The notes beneath the pieces are model-generated. The model was given only the letters and a program-made list of their open reading frames with translations, was not told where the DNA came from and did no database searches. A DNA stretch of 63,171 nucleotides, counting the filler, from Rhabdomonas costata (Eukaryota), in the NCBI GenBank assembly GCA_019059605.1. It is 42 parts of 42 records of this genome, joined end to end, with 100 filler letters (N's around TTAATTAATTAA, not from the genome) between each part and the next. Parts side by side here need not be neighbours in the genome. Positions count along the whole stretch, not along the records: positions 61,766 to 63,171 come from JAHMHO010016865.1; 41 more parts are not named here. One strand, given 5' to 3'. Positions within the stretch are counted from its first letter, which is position 1. Each line of letters starts with the position of its first letter. The position numbers and the translations under genes are program-made. Shown piece after piece: positions 62,849-63,171 of this stretch.

Positions 62849-63154
62849 CAAAGATCATCCCGTTACAAGTTCAACCACTTTTTTTTTTAGAATCACCAAG
62901 CATATCGTAAGGCATCAATGAGGTGGCGACTCCCCTCCGGGCCTTTTATTTTTTGTCCTCAGGTCTGAGATGGTAGCCAGAAAAGAGAGAGGCGCTGCTC
63001 CGGCCGTACTGGCCACTGAAACCTCTTGTACTTGCCGGGAGTCTCTACGTTCTGAAGGCAGGGGATGGGGACTCGCCACCTCATTGATGCCTTACGATAT
63101 GCTTGGTGATTCTCAAAAAAAAAAGTGGTTGAACTTGTAACGGGATGATCTTTG
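62849..63154. repeat. ~87-bp inverted repeat with ~130-nt spacer
   Basis: Arms 62849-62935 and 63067-63154 differ by one inserted base and one substitution. Confidence 0.9.
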
Positions 63155-63171
63155 AGCAAACAATTGTTTGC

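Larger units (their letters stand above)
1..63171. other. Concatenated pseudo-scaffold of 42 short contigs (~1404-1408 nt each) with 41 artificial spacers
   Basis: An identical 100-nt spacer N44-TTAATTAATTAA-N44 recurs every ~1.5 kb (first at 1408-1507). The near-identical contig lengths imply length-sorted joining, so adjacency across spacers is meaningless. Confidence 0.98.

Overview
This is not a continuous locus. It is 42 unrelated contigs of about 1.4 kb, joined by 100-nt spacers (N44-TTAATTAATTAA-N44, stops in all six frames). Most contigs start with G/T-only and end with A/C-only tails, and several end in fold-back inverted repeats, which points to degenerate-primer whole-genome amplification. 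The DNA is from an intron-rich eukaryote with short GC3-rich exons and GTGCG/GTGTG-type donors; a euglenid-like protist is my inference, not proven. Recognisable gene fragments include ZC3H15/Tma46, kinesin, S-formylglutathione hydrolase, LRRC51, nicotinamidase, a STE-like kinase, ankyrin and RING proteins, a SAM methyltransferase, a TM-Cache receptor, Fab1/PIKfyve, two voltage-gated channel pieces, an RRM protein, CCT1, CTF18 and two DEAD-box helicases. There are two copies of one Ty3/gypsy lineage, one of them heavily decayed. The best candidate for an undescribed system is an interspersed ~90-nt repeat found on three separate contigs, whose best copy (52489-52622) carries a complete hammerhead ribozyme core. 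A separate minimal hammerhead-like relic lies at 1154-1200. Other leads are interleaved opposite-strand exons, introns with paired ends, a 33-nt intron, a GC-AG intron and a U-UUU-UUA frameshift site. All alignments and folds were done by eye, and no searches were run.
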